Positions 50,206 to 59,356 of a stretch of 64,000 bases of DNA are shown here, in pieces. The stretch spans positions 560,463 to 624,462 of the forward strand of contig CP065002.1 in NCBI GenBank assembly GCA_016700095.1, written 5' to 3'. This DNA is from Candidatus Woesebacteria bacterium. GTDB taxonomy: Bacteria > Patescibacteriota > Microgenomatia > UBA8517. How positions within the stretch are numbered: position 1 is the stretch's first letter; each line of letters starts with the position of its first letter. Made by a program: the position numbers and the translations under genes. Below the pieces are notes generated by a model. That model searched no databases and was not told where the DNA came from. It worked only from the letters and a program-made list of their open reading frames with translations.

Positions 50206-52164
50206 CTATTCTTTGACGGTTACATGGTGTTTTGCCGATAAATATTTAACAACTTCCTGGCGTATCTTTCTGACATCCTCATCAGAGAGAGTTTTGTTAC
50301 AATCTTGATACCAAATACGGAAAGTAAAAGCATCGTTATACGTATCAATTAATTGAATTTTGGTTATTTGATTACTGGCGTGTTTGATTCCATCCATTAA
50401 ATCACCGATATAAGTATTTTTGGGAACAATACTGGTGATGTCTTCGATATGCGCCGGAAATTGCGGAATAGGTTTGTATGTAGCATTTCTACTAAACTTC
50501 TTTAAAAGTGACATGTCGAATTCAAAGTAAATACTATTATCCATGAGGACTCCGAAAAATCCTATGTATTTACGGTTTGTGAGAACTTGCAGGCGTTGCC
50601 CTGCTTTAAAGCCATGTGCATCTGTTGGATGAAAAACGTAAGGAATATTGAGTTTATCAAGTAAAGTTTCGATGACACCTTTGGCTTTTTCATAGTCCGT
50701 CTTAACGAAAATCCCACCCAAGGTCATTTTTTCTTGAGGAAGATTTCCCTTCGACGGGATGTAAATATTTGCGACCTCAAAAAGTAGAAAGTTTGATTCT
50801 TGCGCTACATTTACATCAGCCGCTTTTCTCAGACTCGGTAACAGAGATACCCTGAGAAATGAATGATCGGATCCCAGAGGATTGGACAATTTCAGTTCAT
50901 TCCCCACAGTCATTGTCTTGGAAACGAGTGAAAATGTGTAAACTTCATTTGCACCCAATTCCTTGAGAATACTTTTGACCGCCATCTCAAATTTAAATGG
51001 CATATCAGTCGGTTTATCAGGAATTTCGCCCGAAAGTTTTGTGCAAGGTACATTGTGATAACCAAAAATTCTGACCACTTCTTCTACGATATCTTCGGCA
51101 ATAGTTATATCGCGGTTTCGCCATGATGGTGTCGAAACTTCATAGCCTTCTTTTGTTGCCTTCATGCCAAACCCTAAGCTTGAAAGAATAGTTATTACAC
51201 GTTTTTTGTCTATATGTGTCCCGATTAATTTTTCAATTTTTGCATGAGTTATCTTCACGATATTTTGTTTTTGTTTCTTCGGGTACTTATCAATAACGTT
51301 ACTTGCAACACTCGCATGGCAAATTTTTTGAAATAATGACACACCCAAACTTAATGCATAGTCTGAAAGCGTAGGATCAACCCCCTTCTCGTTAAGAGTA
51401 GCGGCAACAGTACGGATTCCAAGTGTCATTGAAGTTTTGCGTATCCGAACCGGATCGTTTGTTTCCATAAATAAAAGAACACGTTTGGTGGTAGCGTTTA
51501 CAACTGAATTTTTAGTTCCGATGATTCCGGGTAAATCAATGATTTGCCCCGTTGAATCGTCGATTACGATGTCCCCTCCCGGTAATTTGTATTCTTTGTT
51601 TTCAAGACTGACGATTCTTTCATTTTTTTTGGATTCTCGAAGTACAAACTGTTTTGTCGTGATGAGATCATAATCAAAGACATGCGTGGGATGACCTATC
51701 TCGGTCATGACGTAGTTTGTTATATCAACAAGTGCTCCCAAGCTTCTAAAACCACTTGCCGTAAGTCGGTCTTTCATCCACTTTGGCGTTTCTCTGTTTT
51801 TTATGTTATCAATCACAATACCCATAACGCGGTGGGTTAATGCAGGATTAATGGAAATTTTTAAAGGTAGCGGTTTTGTTAATTTAGCGTACTTTTGAAG
51901 TGCGGGTTTTTTTAACTTTGCCTTGAAACCGAACTCGGGCAAAATTACACTTGCTTCTCGGGCTATGCCCCAAACGCTCATCATATCAACCCTATTAGTT
52001 GTAACTTCGATGTCGTAAACGTAATCTACTTTACCGCCAATGTTAATTTTATTGATACGCTCGACCGATGGTCCACACAAAGACAGGCATCTTGCGATAT
52101 CCTGCGCTTTGGCGTTGGTAATTAGATAATCCCGTAACCAAGAATCAAGTATTAATATATTCAT
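50206..52164 (-). CDS. pheT: Phenylalanyl-tRNA synthetase beta subunit (no N-terminal tRNA-binding domain)
   Basis: B3/B4, B5 and the catalytic-like core are present. 652 aa. Confidence 0.85.
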   Translation of the reverse strand: MNILILDSWLRDYLITNAKAQDIARCLSLCGPSVERINKINIGGKVDYVYDIEVTTNRVDMMSVWGIAREASVILPEFGFKAKLKKPALQKYAKLTKPLPLKISINPALTHRVMGIVIDNIKNRETPKWMKDRLTASGFRSLGALVDITNYVMTEIGHPTHVFDYDLITTKQFVLRESKKNERIVSLENKEYKLPGGDIVIDDSTGQIIDLPGIIGTKNSVVNATTKRVLLFMETNDPVRIRKTSMTLGIRTVAATLNEKGVDPTLSDYALSLGVSLFQKICHASVASNVIDKYPKKQKQNIVKITHAKIEKLIGTHIDKKRVITILSSLGFGMKATKEGYEVSTPSWRNRDITIAEDIVEEVVRIFGYHNVPCTKLSGEIPDKPTDMPFKFEMAVKSILKELGANEVYTFSLVSKTMTVGNELKLSNPLGSDHSFLRVSLLPSLRKAADVNVAQESNFLLFEVANIYIPSKGNLPQEKMTLGGIFVKTDYEKAKGVIETLLDKLNIPYVFHPTDAHGFKAGQRLQVLTNRKYIGFFGVLMDNSIYFEFDMSLLKKFSRNATYKPIPQFPAHIEDITSIVPKNTYIGDLMDGIKHASNQITKIQLIDTYNDAFTFRIWYQDCNKTLSDEDVRKIRQEVVKYLSAKHHVTVKE

Positions 52165-52168
52165 ATAA

Positions 52169-53212
52169 TTAAAATTGTCTTAAAAATTGCAAATCTGTGC
52201 CATAAATTAGTCGCACATCCGGAATTTGGATACCCGATTTCATCATGTATACGCGCTCCACGCCCCAACCAAATGCAAATCCGGTGTATACAGTAGGATC
52301 GATTCCCCCTGCCTTGAGTACATTAGGATGAACCATGCCGGAACCTCCTATTTCAAGCCAGCCTTCCTTGCAGAGTTTGCACTTATGTCCTTTAATTAAG
52401 CCCGTACCTTTGCAGATATCACAGCTTATATCAACTTCAAAAGACGGTTCAGTGAAAGGAAAGTTATAGGGGCGGATACGCGTTTTTCTGCTTGGTCCAA
52501 AAAACGAACGCGCAAAATAATCGAGAGTTCCCCTTAGATGCGCTATTGAGATATCTTTATCGACAACCAAGCCTTCAAATTGATGAAAAACGGGAACATG
52601 ACTTACATCGGACTGTCGTCTGTAGCATTTAGCAATGTTAATCATTCTGATTGGTGGAGTTTTAATCGCTTGCATTTCTCTTACTTGTCCACTTGAAGTA
52701 TGCGGAGTAAGAAGCATTCTGCCGAATTTAGGATGGTCTTTCGCTTCGATAAAAAAAGTTTCCCAATCATCGCGTGCGGGGTGAAGAGGGTCAAAGTTAA
52801 GCGACCCAAAAGAATACCAATCCCATTCGACTTCTGGATATCTTGATCTGACAAAACCAATACTTTCGAATACATTTGATATTTCTTCTATTGCTTGAGT
52901 AACCAGGTGCAGTGATCCCGTCTGTAGTTTTGATCCGGGGATAGTCGGATCAAACCATGTTTTAGGAGTGTCGCAAAACTGTTGTTTTTGTGTGTTTAAT
53001 GCCGTCTCGATTGTTTTTTTGACGTCATTAATCAATAATCCTGTTTGTTTTCTATCTTTAATTTCTAAGCTTGTAAGTTCCTTGATTAGTTTTGTTAACT
53101 TACCATTTCGCCCCAAATACGCGATTCTAATTTCCTCTAAATCGTTTACACTTTCGGCCTGAGTAATTTGAGCTATTGCTTCACTTTTTAAGTTTTGTAA
53201 ATTTTCAAACAT
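52169..53212 (-). CDS. pheS: Phenylalanyl-tRNA synthetase alpha subunit
   Basis: Class II motifs with a C-terminal GSGMVHPNVL, GFAFGWGVERV. Confidence 0.9.
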   Translation of the reverse strand: MFENLQNLKSEAIAQITQAESVNDLEEIRIAYLGRNGKLTKLIKELTSLEIKDRKQTGLLINDVKKTIETALNTQKQQFCDTPKTWFDPTIPGSKLQTGSLHLVTQAIEEISNVFESIGFVRSRYPEVEWDWYSFGSLNFDPLHPARDDWETFFIEAKDHPKFGRMLLTPHTSSGQVREMQAIKTPPIRMINIAKCYRRQSDVSHVPVFHQFEGLVVDKDISIAHLRGTLDYFARSFFGPSRKTRIRPYNFPFTEPSFEVDISCDICKGTGLIKGHKCKLCKEGWLEIGGSGMVHPNVLKAGGIDPTVYTGFAFGWGVERVYMMKSGIQIPDVRLIYGTDLQFLRQF

Positions 53213-53340
53213 GTTTATATAAGTTTATGATGATTCACCATAAATATAAAGCTTCAATGATAGTATTTGTAAACTTGATACTTATCAATCCGATTTAGCA
53301 AAAAGAAATGTTTGTAACAAGTTTGCTGATAAATAGTACA

Positions 53341-53367
53341 AAAAAAACCTCCGGTTTGGAGGCTTTT
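53341..53367 (-). terminator. Rho-independent terminator after the rplT operon (cctccg-gttt-ggagg plus T7 on the minus strand)
   Basis: GC hairpin flanked by A7 on the plus strand and T-runs on the minus strand. Confidence 0.65.
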
Positions 53368-53430
53368 AGCATCACAAAATTGCCTCCTTTTTTCAAAGAA
53401 AGCTAAAGTTAAAACTATTATTAATAAAAA

Positions 53431-53775
53431 TCATTTTAGATGTTTTAAAATTTGTGCAAAAGTTTCAGGATCACTAATAGCGATTTCGGATAGTATTTTT
53501 CTATCAAGTTCAACATGTTTGTCATTGAGTGCTTTTATAAAAGATGAATAATTCAAACCATGTTCTTTTACCGCAGCATTTAGTCGGGTTATCCAGAGCC
53601 TGCGTAGATTGCGTTTCTTCAGTTTTCTTCCTTCGAACGCATATTGTCCAGCATGAAGCACTGCTTCGTTGGCCGTCCTAAAGCGTCTGTGTGCAGAAAA
53701 TTTAAACCCTTTTGCAAACTTTCTAACTTTGTTATGCTGCTCGCGTCTGGTTGTACCTGTTTTTACTCTTGTCAT
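53431..53775 (-). CDS. rplT: 50S ribosomal protein L20
   Basis: MTRVKTGTTRREQHNKV...RLWITRLNAA. Confidence 0.9.
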   Translation of the reverse strand: MTRVKTGTTRREQHNKVRKFAKGFKFSAHRRFRTANEAVLHAGQYAFEGRKLKKRNLRRLWITRLNAAVKEHGLNYSSFIKALNDKHVELDRKILSEIAISDPETFAQILKHLK

Positions 53776-53776
53776 A

Positions 53777-53974
53777 TTACTTACCCAAAGCCTTTCTTAT
53801 TTTTCTTGAATGAAACTTGTTTGTATGAATTATTCGTTTCAATCTTCTTTTTTTACTTTTGCTTTTTTTAACATTCAAATGTCCACTAAAACCCTGTCTA
53901 CGTAAGACTTTGCCGTTTTTTGTTACCTTAAACCTTTTGGTTAAACTCTTTCTTGTTTTTTGTTTAATTTTCAT
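53777..53974 (-). CDS. rpmI: 50S ribosomal protein L35
   Basis: MKIKQKTRKSLTKRFKVTKNGKVLRRQ. Confidence 0.85.
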   Translation of the reverse strand: MKIKQKTRKSLTKRFKVTKNGKVLRRQGFSGHLNVKKSKSKKRRLKRIIHTNKFHSRKIRKALGK

Positions 53975-53977
53975 AAT

Positions 53978-54580
53978 CTAAATATCTTCACTACTGAGAT
54001 TGCTTTTTTTAGGTTCCTCGCTATTTTCACTGTCGCTCTCAATTTTTTTATTGGTTGGTGAAATTACCATTGCCAAATGTCTTCCAAGGAATTTGGGTTC
54101 CATGTCGATTACAACATTCGTCGTAAGGTCTTTGAGTAATCTGTTGGTTAAATTGTAACCAAATTTCTTACTATCCATTTGTCGGCCTTTAAATTTTACG
54201 ACAATCCGTATTTTGTAACCGTCTTTCAAAAAGTCATTAACTTTTTGTAATCTGGTTGTGTAATCCGCCTCGCCAATAAAAGGTGAAAATCTAATTTCTT
54301 TGATTTCGCCTCCCTTTGCTGATTTCTTTTGTTTTTTAAGTTTTTTCTCTTCCCTGTATTTAAATTTTCCAAACTCGATAACTTTTGCTACCGGTGGAAC
54401 TGCTTTGGGCGCTATCTCAATTAAATCACAAGATGCTTCACTGGCAACCTGTAAAGCTTCAGGTAAACCCATCACACCAATCAACTTGCCGCTTTCGTCA
54501 ACAACACGAAGTTTGTCACTTCGGATTTGGTGATTAATGCGCCAACTTAACTTTAGTTGTTTGGGCCTAGCGTTTCTCAA
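53978..54580 (-). CDS. infC: Translation initiation factor IF-3
   Basis: INHQIRSDKLRVVDESGKLIGV... Classic thrS-infC-rpmI-rplT order. Confidence 0.85.
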   Translation of the reverse strand: MRNARPKQLKLSWRINHQIRSDKLRVVDESGKLIGVMGLPEALQVASEASCDLIEIAPKAVPPVAKVIEFGKFKYREEKKLKKQKKSAKGGEIKEIRFSPFIGEADYTTRLQKVNDFLKDGYKIRIVVKFKGRQMDSKKFGYNLTNRLLKDLTTNVVIDMEPKFLGRHLAMVISPTNKKIESDSENSEEPKKSNLSSEDI

Positions 54581-54618
54581 ATTACAATTTAGTATTTTAA
54601 CAAACTATTGACATAAAC

Positions 54619-56379
54619 TCAAAGGTCAAGATCTTTTGAGTCGTTTTTGTCGTTAATTAGCTTGATAAAATTATTAAGTTCGATTTGACCCAAGTCTTTA
54701 CCGTTTCTTGTTCTTAGTGCGACCTTTCCGGCTTTCTCTTCCTTATCGCCGATAACAAGCATATAGGGAATTTTTTCATTTTGTGCTTTTCTGATTTTAT
54801 TGCCAAGCGTGTCGTTTGTGTTGTCCATGGCGACACGAACACCCGCCGTTTTCAAATTTTGGGTTAACTTATTTGAATAGCCGATATTCCTTTCCGTTAT
54901 CGGTAATACTTTTGCCTGTTGGGGTGAAAGCCAAACCGGAAGATTGCCGGCTAAGTGTTCCAACAAGATCATCATAAATCGCTCCGGAGAACCGATGACG
55001 GCTCTGTGAATCATTATCGGTGTAACTTTCTCCCCCTTTTCATTTATGTAATACAATTCAAATCTCTCCGGTTGGACATAATCAATTTGCACGGTAGATA
55101 ATTGCCATTCACGTCCCAATGCGTCGGTTGCCATGAGATCCATTTTGGGAGCATAGAATGCAGCCTCTCCGGGTCCGTCGTAATGATCGATATTATTTCG
55201 CTTCATAATTTTCTCTGCCCATTTTTCTACCTTGTCCCATGTCTTTGGATTACCCAAATACTTTTCGGGATGTTTGGGATCACGAATTGACAAGCGATAA
55301 CGATATGTAAAGCCAAAAGTGTTCATTACTTTTTTAATCATCGAAAGAGCTATGTCGATCTCTTCGTCTACTTGGCTCTCCATGCAAAAGATGTGGCAAT
55401 CATCTTGCGAGAAGGATCTCACTCTGGCAAGACCTGATAATTCACCCGGTCTTTCGTCGCGATAAAGCATTGCAAAATCCGTCATTCTTATTGGTAAGTC
55501 CTTGTAACTTCTAAGTTTGCTTGCGAATATTTGTGTGTGTTGTGGACAGTTCATCGGCTTGAGATACATTTCCTCATCCGAATAGTTAGAAATCACCTTA
55601 AACATATCGTCTTTGTATTTTGCGTAGTGACCTGATATTTTAAACAATGATGCCTTGCCGATTTGCGGTGTCCATACTTGTTGATAGTCTAGTGGACTTT
55701 GTAAATCTTCAATGTATTTGTTAAGAGCCAATCGGATAAACGCACCCTTGGGTGTGTAGAGTGGAAGTCCTGCTCCGACTAAATCCGAAAAAGTAAATAA
55801 ATCAAGATCCTTACCCAACTTTCTGTGGTCCCTTTTTTGCGCTTCTTCTTGGGCGATCAGATATTCATCCAATTCTTTTTGCGAAGCAAATGCTGTCCCG
55901 TAAATTCTGGTTAACATTTTGTTTTTCTCGTCTCCACGCCAGTAAGCTCCGGCAAGCGATAATAATTTAAAGAATTTAATCTCTTGTGATGGATTTGCGA
56001 TATGACCTCCTTTGCATAAGTCGCGAAAATCCCCTGAGCGATATATGGTTAACCCCTTACCCTCTTTGGTGAATTCTTCAATTAGTTCCTTTTTATATTC
56101 ATTTCCCGAAAATTCCTTTAAAGCTTCATCTTTGGTCACTTTTATCTTGTCGAATTTTTTCCAACCCTTAACAATACGGTGCATTCTTTCCTCAATTTTT
56201 GCCAAGTCTTCCTCCCCCACTTTGACATTGCCAAAATCGATATCGTAGTAAAAACCTTTGTCGATAGAAGGACCGATTGCCAATTTCGCCTTGGGGTATA
56301 ATTCCAAAACGGAAGCCGCCAGCAAATGCGACGAGCTATGTCTTAGATTACTTAAATATGTTTCGTCTATTTTTTTCAT
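54619..56379 (-). CDS. thrS: Threonyl-tRNA synthetase (no N-terminal TGS domain)
   Basis: Editing-domain motif RHSSSHLLAASV, class II core FSQDDCHIF, and an anticodon-binding domain. The track ORF starts at a TTG at 56445; the ATG at 56379 (MKKIDE...) is preferred. Confidence 0.9.
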   Translation of the reverse strand: MKKIDETYLSNLRHSSSHLLAASVLELYPKAKLAIGPSIDKGFYYDIDFGNVKVGEEDLAKIEERMHRIVKGWKKFDKIKVTKDEALKEFSGNEYKKELIEEFTKEGKGLTIYRSGDFRDLCKGGHIANPSQEIKFFKLLSLAGAYWRGDEKNKMLTRIYGTAFASQKELDEYLIAQEEAQKRDHRKLGKDLDLFTFSDLVGAGLPLYTPKGAFIRLALNKYIEDLQSPLDYQQVWTPQIGKASLFKISGHYAKYKDDMFKVISNYSDEEMYLKPMNCPQHTQIFASKLRSYKDLPIRMTDFAMLYRDERPGELSGLARVRSFSQDDCHIFCMESQVDEEIDIALSMIKKVMNTFGFTYRYRLSIRDPKHPEKYLGNPKTWDKVEKWAEKIMKRNNIDHYDGPGEAAFYAPKMDLMATDALGREWQLSTVQIDYVQPERFELYYINEKGEKVTPIMIHRAVIGSPERFMMILLEHLAGNLPVWLSPQQAKVLPITERNIGYSNKLTQNLKTAGVRVAMDNTNDTLGNKIRKAQNEKIPYMLVIGDKEEKAGKVALRTRNGKDLGQIELNNFIKLINDKNDSKDLDL

Positions 56380-56552
56380 TGGCTTACAAACTGATTGTAC
56401 TACACTTAAATACTTAATAAATAGCCTTGTTCCCGTTAAACTCAAAACTATCGATTTGAGTCGGATGCTTAGATTAAAGTCTTAACACTAAGACGACTAC
56501 AATCCGTTTTAGTCGGTAAAAACGTCTATATACTTATTAAGTTACTTAAACT

Positions 56553-56576
56553 AAAAAACCTCCGATTTCGGAGGTT
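56553..56576 (-). terminator. Rho-independent terminator after ahcY (cctccg-attt-cggagg plus T-run on the minus strand)
   Basis: GC hairpin with a flanking T6 on the minus strand. Confidence 0.6.
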
Positions 56577-56683
56577 GTCTTTTAAACAAAAAACACCACC
56601 TCCACTATAAAGCGGTGGTAGTTGTAAAGATGTTTAATATAGTACTCATAACTGCGTTATTGTTATCCAAAATATTTAAATTG

Positions 56684-57946
56684 TCAAGTTCCTTCTCTCC
56701 AACTTGTTAAATATGTTTTTTGTTGGGTGGTTAATTTGTCCAAACTCCAGCCGTTTGCCTTGAGTTTAATTTCGGCAACCTTATAATCAATATCTTTGGG
56801 TAAAACGTATACCTTGTTTTCCAATTTACCTTCGTTTTTCAAGAAATACTCAGCTGCCAATGCTTGATTTGCAAAGCTTAAGTCCATGACCGATGCCGGA
56901 TGGCCTTCGGCGGCAACAAGATTAATAAGTCTTCCTTCACCCAGTACGTAAACAACTTTTCCGCCGGGGAGTTTGTATTCGTCGACGAACTCACGTATTT
57001 TTCTCTTGCCGACTTTTATTTTTTCCATCTCCGTGAGATTAATTTCGACATTGAAATGGCCGGAGTTGGCGATGATTGCTCCGTTTTTTAGTTTAGCAAT
57101 ATGTTTTTTGTCGATGACGTTAATGTCTCCGGTTACTGTAACGAAAATATCGCCTATCCCCGCCGCCTCTTCACCCGTTAATACTCGAAAACCATCCATT
57201 CCGGCTTCCAACGCTTTTACGGGATCAACTTCGGTAACGATAACATTTGCCCCCATTCCTCTGGCGCGGTTTGCCAATCCCTTTCCACAAAAACCATAAC
57301 CTAAGACGACAAAGGTTTTGCCTGCAAGTAAAATATTTGTCGCCCTAAGAATTCCGTCGATAGTTGATTGACCTGTTCCATATCGATTATCAAACATATG
57401 CTTAGTGTCGGAATCGTTTGCGGCGATAACCGGTACTTTGAGTACACCTTCTTTTTCCATCGCTCGTAACCTGATTACTCCCGTGGTTGTCTCTTCGCTT
57501 GACCCTATGATGTTTTTGAGTTCATGCGTCCTTTTGGTATGAAGCAAAGTTACCAAATCCCCACCATCATCCATGGTGATATGGGGTTTTAAGTCAAGTG
57601 CGAGATTAAGATGTTTGTAATACACCTTATTGTTTTCGCCGTTAATCGCATACGTTGTAATTTGATAGTCTTTAACCAATGATGCGGCGACATCGTCACT
57701 TGTCGACAAAGGGTTACTTGCACAAAGAACACAATTCGCACCACCTTCTTTGAGTGTGATCATCAAATTTGCGGTTTCACTGGTTACATGTAGACAAGCT
57801 GCGATGGTTTTTCCCTTGAATGGTTTGTCCTTAGTAAATCTTTTTCTAATTTCTCGTAGGACATCCATCTGACGCTCCGCCCATTCAATTTTTAATTTAC
57901 CGGACTTTGCTAGAGTTAAATCTTTTACGTCACTTTTCGTATTCAT
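56684..57946 (-). CDS. ahcY: Adenosylhomocysteinase
   Basis: 420 aa with the SAHH substrate and NAD domains ([19 protein letters not shown]). Confidence 0.9.
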   Translation of the reverse strand: MNTKSDVKDLTLAKSGKLKIEWAERQMDVLREIRKRFTKDKPFKGKTIAACLHVTSETANLMITLKEGGANCVLCASNPLSTSDDVAASLVKDYQITTYAINGENNKVYYKHLNLALDLKPHITMDDGGDLVTLLHTKRTHELKNIIGSSEETTTGVIRLRAMEKEGVLKVPVIAANDSDTKHMFDNRYGTGQSTIDGILRATNILLAGKTFVVLGYGFCGKGLANRARGMGANVIVTEVDPVKALEAGMDGFRVLTGEEAAGIGDIFVTVTGDINVIDKKHIAKLKNGAIIANSGHFNVEINLTEMEKIKVGKRKIREFVDEYKLPGGKVVYVLGEGRLINLVAAEGHPASVMDLSFANQALAAEYFLKNEGKLENKVYVLPKDIDYKVAEIKLKANGWSLDKLTTQQKTYLTSWREGT

Positions 57947-57981
57947 AATTTATGCAGTATATTTACTTAAGCCACTTACTG

Positions 57982-58935
57982 TCAAATCTTGAGATCTTCA
58001 TTGAAATTGTCCTTATATCTTTTTAAGAATTCTGTTTTTGTAAAATGGTGTGTTTGTGTACCGTTACGATCAACCGTATACACAGAGCAAGTCGCACCCA
58101 ACTGGCCACATGTTTTAAGAGGTGCTCCTTTAATAAAACCCGACAAAAATCCCGCCCGATATGCATCGCCTGCTCCTGTGGGGTCGATTATTTTCTTTTG
58201 TGTTTTTGCGGATTTTATTTTAATTATTTTACCGTCTTTTGAAATGACGGATCCGTCTTTTCCCATTGTCGTAACAACAATGTCGGTTGCATCTAATAAT
58301 TCGTGAAGATTCCAACCAATCCTTTCCAAAATAAGGGCGATTTCGTAATCATTCCCGATGACAACTTTTGCATTTTCCAACGCTTCTTTGAGGTTATATG
58401 TCGGGATATGAGGAATGTTAAAAGCGGGATCAAACATATAATCAATGCCTGCCGCAACCGCTTCTTTTGCGTAACGGATCATTGCCAGTGGATTGTTAGG
58501 AGCAATTACCAAAAAATCACCCTTTTTGAAAATTTTTGCCAGGGATATTTTATTAGCATATCTCATGGCACCTTCATAAAATCCCCATATTTGATTATCG
58601 TCCTGATCGGTCATAACAAAACCGCTTGCAGTTGGTACTTTTTTGTAAATTTTAATTTTTGAAGTATCAATATGCTTTTGCTTACGAAGATGAGTCAAAT
58701 ACTCGTGGAAGTCGTTACCGACAGTTGCAATCAAGTTTGACTTTACGTTAAGTAAAGACAAGTTATATGAAATATTTCCACCTGTTCCACCAAATTCACG
58801 ACGGAATCTTTCCATAATAAAGCTAACATTAATAATGTGAATTTTGTCAGGAAGGATGTGATCTCCAAAACGGGAAGGCATACTCATTATGTGATCATAG
58901 GCTACAGACCCAGTAACGATAATTCTTTTATACAT
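57982..58935 (-). CDS. PfkB-family carbohydrate/nucleoside kinase (probably adenosine kinase, given ahcY next door)
   Basis: DPTGAGDAYRAGFLSG, the PfkB C-terminal signature. Confidence 0.7.
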   Translation of the reverse strand: MYKRIIVTGSVAYDHIMSMPSRFGDHILPDKIHIINVSFIMERFRREFGGTGGNISYNLSLLNVKSNLIATVGNDFHEYLTHLRKQKHIDTSKIKIYKKVPTASGFVMTDQDDNQIWGFYEGAMRYANKISLAKIFKKGDFLVIAPNNPLAMIRYAKEAVAAGIDYMFDPAFNIPHIPTYNLKEALENAKVVIGNDYEIALILERIGWNLHELLDATDIVVTTMGKDGSVISKDGKIIKIKSAKTQKKIIDPTGAGDAYRAGFLSGFIKGAPLKTCGQLGATCSVYTVDRNGTQTHHFTKTEFLKRYKDNFNEDLKI

Positions 58936-58957
58936 ATTTAGAAGTTAATACTCATTG

Positions 58958-59224
58958 TTAGTGGGGGGTTATAGTGGGTGTTCTGACACTTAATTGTTTT
59001 TGAGTTTCCTCGACAATTAAAGCTATCCAATTACCGATTATTGGCATACCACCAAGACTTCTTACAACAAAAACCAGAACCATCGAGATCATGACAAAAC
59101 CTATCGTCACACCAAGTGCCCATCCTATACCGGCGAATATTCCCTGACGAAATAAATCAAGTGAAGACATAATCGGCTTTACTTTTTTTTCGATATTATT
59201 TTTGATTAATATTTCTTTAGACAT
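58958..59224 (-). CDS. Small hypothetical membrane protein
   Basis: The track ORF runs to 59272 and overlaps tRNA-Ala; the Met at 59224 (MSKEILIK...) avoids it. Two TM helices. Confidence 0.4.
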   Translation of the reverse strand: MSKEILIKNNIEKKVKPIMSSLDLFRQGIFAGIGWALGVTIGFVMISMVLVFVVRSLGGMPIIGNWIALIVEETQKQLSVRTPTITPH

Positions 59225-59230
59225 ATTTTG

Positions 59231-59303
59231 TGGACCGTACCGGGATCGAACCGGTGACCTCTTCAATGCCATTGAAGCGCTCTACCAGCTGAGCTAACGG
59301 CCC
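59231..59303 (-). tRNA. tRNA-Ala, anticodon GGC
   Basis: The reverse complement is GGGCCGTTAGCTCAGCTGGTAGAGCGCTTCAATGGCATTGAAGAGGTCACCGGTTCGATCCCGGTACGGTCCA. G3:U70 is the Ala identity pair. The anticodon loop ATGGCAT gives GGC. Confidence 0.85.
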
Positions 59304-59356
59304 TAATTTGGTAATTTGTCTAAATAACCAGCAACACAAGTTGTTATAATTGTAGC

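Noticed and set aside
53361-53395. Second hairpin ggaggc...gcctcc plus T6 on the plus strand as a plus-strand terminator
   Set aside because: No plus-strand gene ends nearby. It probably belongs to the same bidirectional terminator region as 53341-53367.
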